From the NCBI GenBank assembly GCA_963749495.1, contig CAVVMW010000004.1, forward strand, positions 736,001-800,000: a DNA stretch of 64,000 bases. The letters are read 5' to 3'. Below are positions 20,456 to 29,946 of the stretch, one piece after another (position 1 is the first letter of the stretch; the number at the start of each line of letters is the position of its first letter). Below the pieces are notes generated by a model. The model saw only the letters and a list, made by a program, of their open reading frames with translations. It searched no databases and was not told where the DNA came from. The position numbers and the translations under genes are program-made. Source of the DNA: an uncultured bacterium (lineage in GTDB: Bacteria > Verrucomicrobiota > Verrucomicrobiia > Limisphaerales > UBA8199).

Positions 20456-21238
20456 CCCGGGCGGCTGGCCTTAAGCGTTTGATACTCAAGCGGATGCGGA
20501 TTGCCTGTGCTCGCCCGGCCTGTTGTGAGAGTTCACAAATCGTGAATTCTCACCATGAAAACACAACGTCTGGCCTGATAGCGGAAGACCTGGGAAGGCG
20601 GTTGCGGTTGGAGGTTTCTTCAAAACCGGGCAATCGGACCATTCACTTTCACCTTGCCTGTAGAAACGATTGACCTCTGTGGGAAAACCAACTCCTGGCA
20701 GAGCGCGAAATCAGTCGCCCCTGAGGTCGGTCACCGGAATAGTGAAATTCATTCGCGCGTCGAGAAATTCGCCCAGAATCTGCATGTTGGCAATATGGTG
20801 GTTGAAGCAGAAAAAAAGAGCCTCAAGCCCGGTTCCAAACACGCGCGCTTTCCTGCGTTCCGTCGTCCAATCAGAAAGGCCCTTTACGTAACTCAACGTC
20901 CTTTTGTTTTGAAGTAATATATTCATAGATCTTTCCGCTGCGGTTATACACAGCATTTCATGGTTTACACTTTGAATTCAGCCGGACGAGAGAGGGACAC
21001 CTTGGAAGCCGCCCAGGGAAGTTGGTCAAATCCATTCGCAATATACCACTCCTTGGCAGTCTGGCAACAGCCTGTTAACACGACCCGCGGCTCAGGAAGC
21101 GTGGGAGGCACCATGACGAGATTGCTGCACACTTCGAGAAGCAGGAGGGCACTAGGTCTTGGCGGATTGCGCCCGACTACCGAGATAGCCTCCCAAGTCC
21201 AGGGCCGGCAGCCGCACTGAAGATCCTGGGACGCTTTC

Positions 21239-22866
21239 TCACCCCGCCTTTTTCAGCCCTAGCTTCCTGATGCGAGAAACCAGCGTGCTGGGATTGATTC
21301 TGAGCAACTCGGCGGCGCCGCCTGGGCCGTGAATTCTCCAGCCGCATTTGCTCAGCGCGGCCAGAATGTTGGCGCGTTCGCGCAGGCGGAACTCGGGGTC
21401 CGTGAGAATGTGGACTTCTGAACCGGTTGCCTCCGCGCCTTGCCGGGGTTCAAGCATCGGCGCCTCGCCCTGGGCGAGCGGCAGGTCGAATCGGAGCGGG
21501 CCTTTCTGCGCACAAATCAGCGCACGCTCAATGAGGTTCTGCATCTCCCGCACGTTGCCGGGCCAATCGTAGTTGTGCAACTGGACAAGGTGGGCGTCGG
21601 TGAGCCTGGGGAGCGGCACCTTGAGCCTCCGGGCGGCTTGCTCCAGGAAATGCGTGGCCAACAGCGGGATGTCCTCCTTGTGCTGGCGCAACGGGGCGAC
21701 CTCGATAGGGAAAACGTTGAGGCGGTAATAGAGATCCCGCCGAAACCGCCCCGCCTCTACCTCGGCCCTTAGATCGCGACTGCTGGCAGCAAGGATGCGA
21801 ACGTTGATGGTGCGGGTTCTTTCTTCACCAACGCGCTCGTATTGTCTTTCCTGGAGGACGCGCAGGAGTTTGCTCTGCAACTCTAGCGGGATCTCGCCAC
21901 CTCGTCGAGGAAGAGCGTGCCACCGTCCGCCGCTTCGAAACGGCCGGCGCGGTCCTTGATCGCGCCGGTGAACGAGCCTTTGGCGTGGCCGAAGAATTCG
22001 CTTTCGTAAAGCTCGCGCGGGACGGACGCGCAATTGACGCGGATGAGGGGCTGCTGACTGCGGCGGCTGCGCTGGTGGATTTCGCGGGCGACCAGTTCCT
22101 TGCCCGCACCGGATTCGCCAAGGATTAGCACGGTGGCATCAGTAGGCGCTACCATGCCAATCTGCCGCCGCATCTGCTTGAGGCTCGCGCTTTGGCCGAT
22201 GATGTCGCCCAGAGCCTTGGCTTCGCGAACCTCTTCGCGGAGGTAAATGGTTTCCAATTCCAGCCGGGCGCGCAACCGGTCGTTCTCTTCGAAGGCGCGT
22301 GCGTTCACCAAGGCCACGGCAATGTGGTCGGCAAAAATGCGCAGCCATGCGGGACCCTGGTCAGGGGTGGGAATGCGGGCAAACAGGGCGAGCACGCCCA
22401 GCACTTCCTCCTTGTACCGGATCGGCTGTGCATCGAAGCCGTGCATCTTTTCCGTCATCGCCCAGTCCGATCGGGACAACAGGGACGAGTCGTGGGCCAC
22501 ATCTTTCACCACCAAGGCTTGGCCGGTGGCCGCCACGCGGCCGATTTTCCCCACGCCGATTGAAATGCGCTGGAACTCATCGTCGAGCCGCAACCAATCC
22601 TCCTTGGGATCCGCTTTGGGTCGCCCTGCGCTGGCGACCAAGTGAAGGCAGGAGGTTTGATCAGGACACTTCGCTCGCACGCAGCAGGATGAACAAAGGT
22701 CGCCCTTGTCCACGAGCCAGATGCGCGCCAGCGCGACATACAGCGGCTCGGCCAGACGGGTCACGACGCGGCGGAGGAGTTCAGCGACGGAGCGGATCTG
22801 GGCCAGCTCGAGGAGGCGTTCCTTGAAGGAATCGAACTCCGGCGGGTAATCGGCAGGCAGATACAC
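21239..22866 (-). CDS. GAF-domain sigma54-dependent activator (FhlA/NifA-like); one-base frameshift near 21897
   Basis: GESGAGKE, ESEFFGHAKGSFTGA, FLDEV then GEIPLELQSKLLRVLQE, WPGNVRE, Fis-type HTH. Confidence 0.9.
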
Positions 22867-22989
22867 GCCTGCGTTATAGCTTAAGTCCTGAATGGGGGCA
22901 ACCTGAAAGCGGGAAAGCTGAGGCGGCAAATGAAAAGAGAGAAGAAGGGGGACGCTGGGATCAAAGCGTCAGTCAAAATCCTCCAGCGT

Positions 22990-23250
22990 TTTGAGGTGGT
23001 GGAAGTCCGCCGCCTGCGAACTTCTGCTCGCTCACCAAGTCCTGATAAATCCGCTGAGCGGTGGAGCCGGCGTCCCAACCGTCTTTGATGAAGCCCTCAA
23101 AAGGCTGGCAGTGACTGACTCGGCCAGGCTTGGACCTGGCGGGCGAAATGGCTGGTTTTGGCTCCTCCACCTGATGGGCCAATCAACGGTATCGACCGAC
23201 GGTCTCGCGGTCGATCCCCAGTTCGCGCGCAATCCTGCCGCCCCTCTCCC
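22990..23250 (-). pseudogene. IS21-family IstA transposase 5' remnant
   Basis: RIARELGIDRETVGRY followed by a stop; then SHCQPF...AQRIYQDLVSE. Confidence 0.7.
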
Positions 23251-23602
23251 GCCGCTCGATTCTCGCAAGCACGTTGGGGGTAAAAATATACTACGGCAAG
23301 GTCGGCGTGCTCATGGAGAAGGCTGATGAACTGCTCCATGGAAAACCTCTCGCCAAGACGATCGCAGTTGTTTCAATCATCACCGCGGCAGGCCTCTTTC
23401 TTGTCGCCGTCCGCTTGCCAGATTAACCGTCGCAAGAAATCAACCATCGTGACCCTGTGTAGCCGAGTCCCTCAACGTCAACCAGCGCCAAGATCCCTTT
23501 CAATCCGCAACACGCCTGACAACCTGCATTTCAGCCAGTCACAGATTTGCTTCGGGGTCTTCAGGGTCATGTTCTGGTCACCCATCTCCGTCCCCCCAAA
23601 GG

Positions 23603-23640
23603 AAAAAGGCGCAACACCCCTGAAGAGCATTGCGCCTTTC
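23603..23640 (-). terminator. Rho-independent terminator
   Basis: AAAGGCGCAA...TTGCGCCTTT stem with a U-run, just downstream of the basic-protein gene. Confidence 0.65.
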
Positions 23641-23653
23641 CAAAATCTACAGC

Positions 23654-24088
23654 CTAAAATGGCAGCTTCTCCGCCTTCTTGGCTTTGGCCCATCTCCTCT
23701 TGGCCGCCAGGGACATCGCCTTTCGCCCGGCCTCACTGATGTTCCTCTTCTTCTTGGGTTTGGCTTCTTCTGTCACCGGGGCCGCTTCCGGTTGCGCTTC
23801 GCCCCTCTTCGCCGCCCACCTTGCCTTCGCCGCAGCACTGATGGCTGCACGACCCTCCGGACTCATCTTCCTCCGCCTCCGTTTTGCCGGTTCTGCTGTC
23901 CTGGCCAGTTCAGGGGCACTCTGCGTCTTCGGCATCCTCTTCCTCCTCCCATTCTTCGGCTTCGCAGGTGGTTCAGGGGCGACAGGAGCGCCGAGGATCT
24001 GAGTGAGTTCGCCCTGCAGCTCCTGGATCTGCTCCTGGAGGTCCGCAGCCTTCCGTAGTTGTTGTGGTGACATGCTGGTTATGTCCAT
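23654..24088 (-). CDS. Basic putative nucleoid-associated protein
   Basis: N-terminal coiled coil plus two repeats of KRR..S.EGR.A.S.AAK.RWA; very Lys/Arg-rich. Confidence 0.75.
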   Translation of the reverse strand: MDITSMSPQQLRKAADLQEQIQELQGELTQILGAPVAPEPPAKPKNGRRKRMPKTQSAPELARTAEPAKRRRRKMSPEGRAAISAAAKARWAAKRGEAQPEAAPVTEEAKPKKKRNISEAGRKAMSLAAKRRWAKAKKAEKLPF

Positions 24089-24122
24089 AGTGAGGGGCAT
24101 TGTGGCTGGAATCGTGGGAAAG

Positions 24123-24359
24123 TCAAGCGGCAGAGCTTTTTTCCAACTGAGCACGATTGGCCTTTAGGTAATCCTCCATAGTCTCAAGTGCCGTCGTCTG
24201 AGTTCGTCGGTTTTGCCCTAACTGCCTCATCATCCTGTAATCGATCAGCCTTTTCCCAAGGCTCATAATCTGAATGTGGGCATCATTCATCCTCCAGAGC
24301 TGGCCCTTTTCCAACGCTGGTGAGATCTTCGTTCGATTCGATTTGCTTCGTCTATCCAC
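24123..24359 (-). CDS. Small basic hypothetical protein
   Basis: LEKGQLWRM...GKRLIDYRMM; has its own TTGACA-16-CATACT promoter 5 nt upstream of GTG. Confidence 0.6.
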   Translation of the reverse strand: MDRRSKSNRTKISPALEKGQLWRMNDAHIQIMSLGKRLIDYRMMRQLGQNRRTQTTALETMEDYLKANRAQLEKSSAA

Positions 24360-24566
24360 CAAGCAGTATGGCATGTTTATCGAATATGTCAAGGCGTCAT
24401 TACGATCTGAAGTTAATTCCGGGAGAAACAGGTTCCCGATGGCGCCTGGCAGCGGCCATTCTTTCATTCGGTCGCAGCAAGGTACCGTTGCGCTTTGGCC
24501 GTGTCTCGCGAACTTCGAAGGCGGAGCAAAGCCCTCCGCCATTCCAACGAACACCACCGACCCCGC

Positions 24567-24857
24567 CTACTTCTTTGCGCCCAGAATCGCGTCCTTGGCT
24601 GCCTTGGCGATACGGAACTTCACAACCCGCTTTGCAGGGATCTTTATGGACTCCCCGGTCGCCGGATTTCGACCCATGCGGGCCTTGCGATTCACCAGGA
24701 CCAGCTTGCCCAGGCCCGGAATGCTGAACTTGTTCTTGGCATTCTTGTACGCCAGGGCCACCAGAGCTTCCAGGACCTGGGTGGCTTGTTTGTGGCTGAC
24801 TCCAACCGTTTCGGCCAGAGACACTGTGATTTGAGATTTTGTTAACGGTTTTGCCAT
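24567..24857 (-). CDS. hup: HU family DNA-binding protein
   Basis: IPGLGKL...RKARMGRNPATGESIKIPAKRVVKF. Confidence 0.93.
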   Translation of the reverse strand: MAKPLTKSQITVSLAETVGVSHKQATQVLEALVALAYKNAKNKFSIPGLGKLVLVNRKARMGRNPATGESIKIPAKRVVKFRIAKAAKDAILGAKK

Positions 24858-24952
24858 ATCGGCGTAATGTGGCTGGAATCGTGGGAATGTCAAGCGTCTC
24901 GTGCAGATCTGGGTTGAAACGACGCGGCGGAAGTCTCAACCTTGTCCTGAAA

Positions 24953-25250
24953 GTGAAACGCGAGCTGTCATTTCGTGTCGGATGCCTGGCTGAACTTGCT
25001 TTGCTGGCCCTGGCCGTGCTCTGGGGCTGGCTCTTCCATCGGCCTGCTCTCGTGGAGCTGCATTGGAGCCTTCAACATGCCCTGGTTGGAATTGTCGCGT
25101 CCATCTCTTCCTTGATGTTCTTCCTGTGGACCTTGAAATCGCAGCTCAGGGTCTTTTTCCTCACCGCGATTTGCAGGCGTCATTGCTGCGGCCCCTGTTC
25201 GAGAACTGGTCCAGCCTGCGAGTCGGGGTCATTTCCATTCTCGACGGCGA
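24953..25250 (+). pseudogene. Membrane protein fragment (CPBP/Abi protease-like N-terminus)
   Basis: ELALLALAVLWGWLF...; frameshifted and truncated. Confidence 0.35.
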
Positions 25251-26269
25251 GCAAAGGGAGCAAAGTGCGTGTCACTGCGCCATTGTAAGCGGAGCGGGTT
25301 ATTTGAACCGAACATAGCATAGCGGAGAAAACCGGTCCGCGGTTTGAGTACTTCGGAAAAGAAGGGGTTTTCTGCAGGCTGCGCTTATGCCGCGGTTCAC
25401 CATTGAGAAGGTCTTTTCAGCCGCAAAGCAAGTCAACCGGAGCTCTACGCGCTCATCGTTGTTGAGGATTTCGGTCATGAAGCTGAGCCGGTCGCAGTCG
25501 CCCACGACCGCCACCTTCAAGTTGCAGCGGGCGAGCTTAGTCGCAGCTACGCGCAAGAGCATTTGTGTGATAGCGCAACCGAGCATCTGCGCCGTCATGT
25601 GGTCCAGGTAGCTCATATTCTTTTTCTCATTTCTCCGTGCGGAGCGGATAGGGCCTCAGAGGCCGCCCGCAGGGCTGGTCGTGCTCCGTACGATTGACCG
25701 GTCAAATGGAGCGGCGGCGCGAGTGGTTTCCATCAATGGCTTCCTGTGCTTCTGCCTTTTCGGGCATCGTGGCAAATGGCCATCAGCTCCTGCCCACGCT
25801 TCCTCCACCTCTTCTGCGACCATATGTTGGCATAACCTCTGGCATGGTGAGCGGTCAATGTATGCTCGCCTGAAGTCGCTATCGCAATTTCCGCTGCCAA
25901 TTTCATAACCCAACTGGCCACGCAAGGAGACCGCCACGAAACCTGCAAACCCTGACGGTCCCTCGCTGCTTTGAAACCGCGAAGATGGAGGAGGAGCACA
26001 TTCCGACCATATCAGCCGAATGTGCATTGCCTGGACTGGCCCAATATTGCGCCACATCTTTTAGCGGCTCTTCGGTATCGGCTGTTTTGAAGAATGCTCA
26101 AGCGCCATTTTCGGTTGATCTGGCCTCCCCTCCCGCGTCCATCCTTCTGCCGCTGGTATGACAAGAGGGTAACGGTCCAGGTCTAAACCTGGTCCCCTCC
26201 CCACCCCCAGCCTCTTTGGAGGACCTGGGGGCGTTTTCATGTACAAACCCCTTCCCCTCAAGAAATTAT

Positions 26270-26505
26270 GTCCCGAAGATCCGCGTGGTTATTGCAGGAA
26301 GAAATCGTCCCCCGTCTCAAAAGCGCGCATGCCTCAAACCGTCTCCTTCATCGGCTCAGAGGATGCCGAAGAGCTGGTGCAGGATTCAATCGCCATGGCA
26401 GTAAAACTCCTGCACAACGTTGACAAGGCCCACAAAAAGGTGACCCCAGGAAACATCGCCTACTACACCATCCAGCACATGAAGTCCGGCAGAAGGTCAT
26501 TCTGA
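26270..26505 (+). pseudogene. Fragment of a sigma-factor-like mobile-element gene
   Basis: EDAEELVQDSIAMA...VTPGNIAYYTIQHMKSGRRS, no intact start or end. Confidence 0.35.
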
Positions 26506-26994
26506 TCGAGATCCGCCGTTTGCCTCAGTGGAAGAAGGACCTGGAGGCAACTCGTGAAAAGATGGCCTGCAGAACTGAACGCCGGCATTGACTTGGCCTT
26601 CCTCTATCCCTATCCCCGTCACCCTGTAGTTCTCCTGGTCTTTATTGACTGGGAGGACTACGGGGTGATGGGGTGGGGAGTTGTCAATGGGGGAGTCTTC
26701 TCGTTTGCACATGGAAGCCCGGATTGATCTGCTCCTGGGCCTTCACGGATCCAGAATCGCGCGCATTTGGCCCTTCCAGAGGTTTTGGGAACCTCGACCA
26801 CCTCCAACGTACCGGAACAGGGCCTCAACGGCTCGTAGGATCATTCCCGTGCAAAAGAACGGCAAATGTACAATAACGGCTTATCTGTAAGGTTCTCTGC
26901 AATGGTTTGAACGCCAGTCGGGATAGTGGCTGTTGATTCCAGTGAGGGGTTGGGCGGCATTGTGTCTGACAAAACCGTCTGGACCATCCATGAT

Positions 26995-27549
26995 TCACTT
27001 GCTGGGAGCTGAAGTCTCAACTACAGGGGTCAGCGCGAACCCCTCAAATTCCACTGTGAGCGGGGTTGAAGTATTGTGGCCTGCGACGACCCCAGCGCGC
27101 AAAGTCTTTGATAACTTCGTGACCATCGGCTCAAGGGAAGTCCACTGAACCCCATCAGGGCTCACGGATGCTGAAATCTTGTCACCATGCCGCTCCAATC
27201 TCAACGAGGTAGCGTTGCCCCGCAGCGGATGCTGGGAGGCGTTGCCGGCCCTCACGAGTTGTCCGTTGCTTCGCAACTCGAAGCTCGCGTAGCTCATCGT
27301 CTGCTGGTTAACAACGAGTTGGGCGCGCTCAAGGCGGATATAGTTGTTGGAATCCTGCCACAAGAGCAGCCCTGCTCCTTGGAAGGCGCGCCGTCCGCTC
27401 ACTAAACTGGACGTTCCCGGCGCAAAAGCACCCGAGACCTTCACCTGCGCAACGAAGTCGCCAGTGACTTTCTGAAGAACCCGCGGCGCGCTCATATTGC
27501 CACGCTCGACAGCGAGGCCATGGACCTTGCCCGGAATCGAGACTGTTAA
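26995..27549 (-). pseudogene. DUF1349/ConA-like domain gene, 5'-truncated by IS1380
   Basis: APRVLQKVTGDFVAQVKV, GAGLLLWQDSNNYIRLER; the sequence ends at the IS TIR. Confidence 0.7.
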
Positions 27550-28146
27550 CCCTAACGTTGCATAAAAATGACCCTTTTTGCGACCAATGGGAGCATTCTT
27601 TAGGACTGCGGTGGCTCGCGTGGCCTGTGCCTCGGCAAGCGCGAGCGGCGAGCGGGCAGCCGCAGAGCGCAACCACGGCGAGGAACGACCAGTGGAAGGA
27701 ATTGGGGAGGAGAAGGAAGGCTACTCCGGCACGCACTTTAGCGTTGCAGCCGGGTCTGTAGGCTTAAGAAAGCTGGGTGGCTACGCCTGGAGGTAGCTGC
27801 GGAAGATCTGTTCCACCACTTTGTTGGCGGTCAACGTCAGGGTCAGGCGGCCATTGGTCCGGGTGAGTCGTCCCGCCCGTTGGATGAACTTGCGCCGCAT
27901 CATCTCCAAGCCCTCAAAGATCCACAAGGCACTGCGCTTGTGGGTGGTGGCGCGTTCCGGGGCGCGGGCGTCCCTCTGTAACTCCCGGCCCAGGTTGTGG
28001 GCCAGCACGGCACAGAGCAGGTACATCTTGTTGGTCACCCATTTGCGACCCGGCAAGTAATCCATCTGGGCTTGGTCTTTGAGTTCGCCCAAGAGCTTCT
28101 CCTGCTGCCCTCGGCCCTCATGGAAGCGGACGACGTTCAGGGCCAG

Positions 28147-28166
28147 CCTGCCTGCCGGCAGGCAGG
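28147..28166. repeat. Perfect 20-bp palindrome CCTGCCTGCCGGCAGGCAGG (insertion)
   Basis: Removal gives ACC GGG CTG GCC CTG AAC GTC (TGLALNV) in frame. Confidence 0.93.
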
Positions 28167-29005
28167 CCCGGTCTTGTTGGTCACGATCACCTTGAATTCA
28201 AATCCCGTCTGGTGGGGTTCGAAGATGTCTAACTGGATGGGACCCTTCTGTTGCACGGTGCTCTCCTGGCGAATGAAGATGAACCGGCGGGGCGTTTCCC
28301 AGCACTTGGGCTTCCAGAGCTTGAGGAAATACCGCAGTTTACCGTCCACCGTGGCCGGCCACCACACGCGCCGGTCCTGGATCAGAGCCTTGAGCTCCAC
28401 AAAACGCTCGAAGGGGACCGACACGGTGAATTCCACGTCGAGTTGCTCCAGCGCCCCAACCATCTCATCACTGAAAAAGGCGCTATCCATCCGGACCTCG
28501 ATCTGGACTCCGGGCAGGGCTTGGCGCAGGCGCCCCACACATTGGCGCACAAACTCTACGGCTCCATTGGAGTCGTGCACGTTGCCCGAGCGGTGCAACA
28601 CGTCCAGGACTTGCGCCGTCTGCGCCACGGTGCAGAAGAGGGGGTAGTAGCTCCGGGCGCCCTTCTTCTGCTTGTTGAAGCCCACTGCGGTTCCTTCGGC
28701 GTGTTTGCTGGCCCACAGGACGCTGCCGTCGAAGTCCAAGGTCACGCGCGCGAGCCCCTCCTGTGCCAGTCGTCCCAGGACCTGCTGGCGATTCAACCCC
28801 TGGTGGGCGGCCACCGCCGGTTCATCGAAGTCGGCCAGAATGCGGCTGAGGGTCGAAACGTCCGGGAGCGCCTTGAGACCCAGCACGCGCCGCACCAGCG
28901 GGTCCTCTTTATAGAATTGGATGTCGCGCAGCTTGCGAAAGCCCAGGAGCAGGTGCACGATGAGCCAGAGCACAACCACGTGCGGCTGATAGAGGGTCTT
29001 GCCGG

Positions 29006-29025
29006 CCTGCCTGCCGGCAGGCAGG
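29006..29025. repeat. Perfect 20-bp palindrome CCTGCCTGCCGGCAGGCAGG (insertion)
   Basis: Removal gives CAT CTG GCC GGC AAG ACC (HLAGKT) in frame. Confidence 0.93.
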
Positions 29026-29231
29026 CCAGATGGGCCGAGCACTGGTGCAAGCGCTCCTTGAGTTGGATTTTGCCGAAGAGTTGCTGGAAGATGAGCAAAC
29101 CGCCGAAGCTGGTCAGTTGTTGTTCCTGGAATTGCACCTGCGGCATCGAGGAGGCTCTCGTATAGATTTGCTGCTGGCTAAGTCTCATGGGAGAAGGGTT
29201 TGAGGTGAAAGGAGGGGGGGCGGGTGGAGGC

Positions 29232-29603
29232 TCACTTGGGTTGGAGCGTGGCGGTGTCTCTGGCGGCTTGGAGCCTCAGTTGGGCTGCCTGGAGGGCTAA
29301 CTCGACCCATTGTGCCGTCAGCTTGCGAAAGGTTCTATAAGTGGCCAGTTGGGCCTTGACCTGAGCGACAAAGCCGGGGCGGATGAACTGGCTGGTGCTC
29401 TTGCGGCGATGCACCCAACTCAGTTGGTAATAGGGGCCGTGGCGTCGGGGTTTTTCGGGGTCCTTACAACGGCAGCCCGGCTTGCCGCAGACGTTATACT
29501 GCCGGGAAAGGCTTCCGGGACGCATATCGCCCAAGGCGGCGAGTTGGGTTTTGATGTGTTGGATACGAGCTTCGATTTGCGGGATAGAGATCGTTTTCTT
29601 CAT
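29232..29603 (-). CDS. IS accessory protein (DUF6788-like, CGKPGCRC...HGPY motif)
   Basis: MRPGSLS.QY.VCGKPGCRC...HGPYYQLSW; directly upstream of the transposase, inside the TIRs. Confidence 0.75.
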   Translation of the reverse strand: MKKTISIPQIEARIQHIKTQLAALGDMRPGSLSRQYNVCGKPGCRCKDPEKPRRHGPYYQLSWVHRRKSTSQFIRPGFVAQVKAQLATYRTFRKLTAQWVELALQAAQLRLQAARDTATLQPK

Positions 29604-29831
29604 GTCCGATACATAATATAGGCTATCGGACATGTCAAGCCCCGAATCGCATTTTTTTTGCATTTTTTTTGTAACCGGCAGAAGGGCGAAATGGCGTTTG
29701 GCAAACCCCACTTTTAGTGGCTTCTGCTTCGCCAGAGAAGCGGCGCTCAGTAGATGGCTTGCAGCCGCGCAGGAGGCCGCTTTCGAGAGGCCAGGGCGGT
29801 TAAACAACTACATTTTTATGCAACTGAGGGG

Positions 29832-29939
29832 TTTAGCATCGCAGGCGCCGCACACTTCCTCGTCGGCGACGGCGGATAGAGGCAGGCACAAGGCGAATGC
29901 CGGCACGCCGGCGGCGAGTAGATTGAGAATGGGGCGCAT
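29832..29939 (-). pseudogene. 5' stub of a secreted-protein gene cut by IS1380
   Basis: Signal peptide MRPILNLLAAGVPAFALCLPLSAVA-DEEVCGACDAK ends at the TIR. Confidence 0.55.
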
Positions 29940-29946
29940 ACGCGGG

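Larger units (their letters stand above)
27781..29188 (-). pseudogene. IS1380 transposase disrupted by two 20-bp palindromic insertions (455 aa when repaired)
   Basis: LTSFGGL, VTLDFDGSV, RSYYPL, VRMDSAFF, FHEGRGQQE..GELK spread over three frames that join after removing the inserts. Confidence 0.92.
27550..29831 (-). mobile_element. IS1380-family element with an accessory ORF; no target duplication
   Basis: TIRs CCCTAACGTTGCATAAAAATG and (reverse complement) CCCCTCAGTTGCATAAAAATG. Confidence 0.88.

Noticed and set aside
22851..22860. Half-matches to the 20-bp palindrome (CGGCAGGCAG here and at ~48131)
   Set aside because: Only one arm is present, in frame, and such matches are expected by chance at this GC content.
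25299..26240. Short ORFs in the 25.3-26.2 kb interval
   Set aside because: No recognisable motifs or typical codon pattern; probably decayed DNA.
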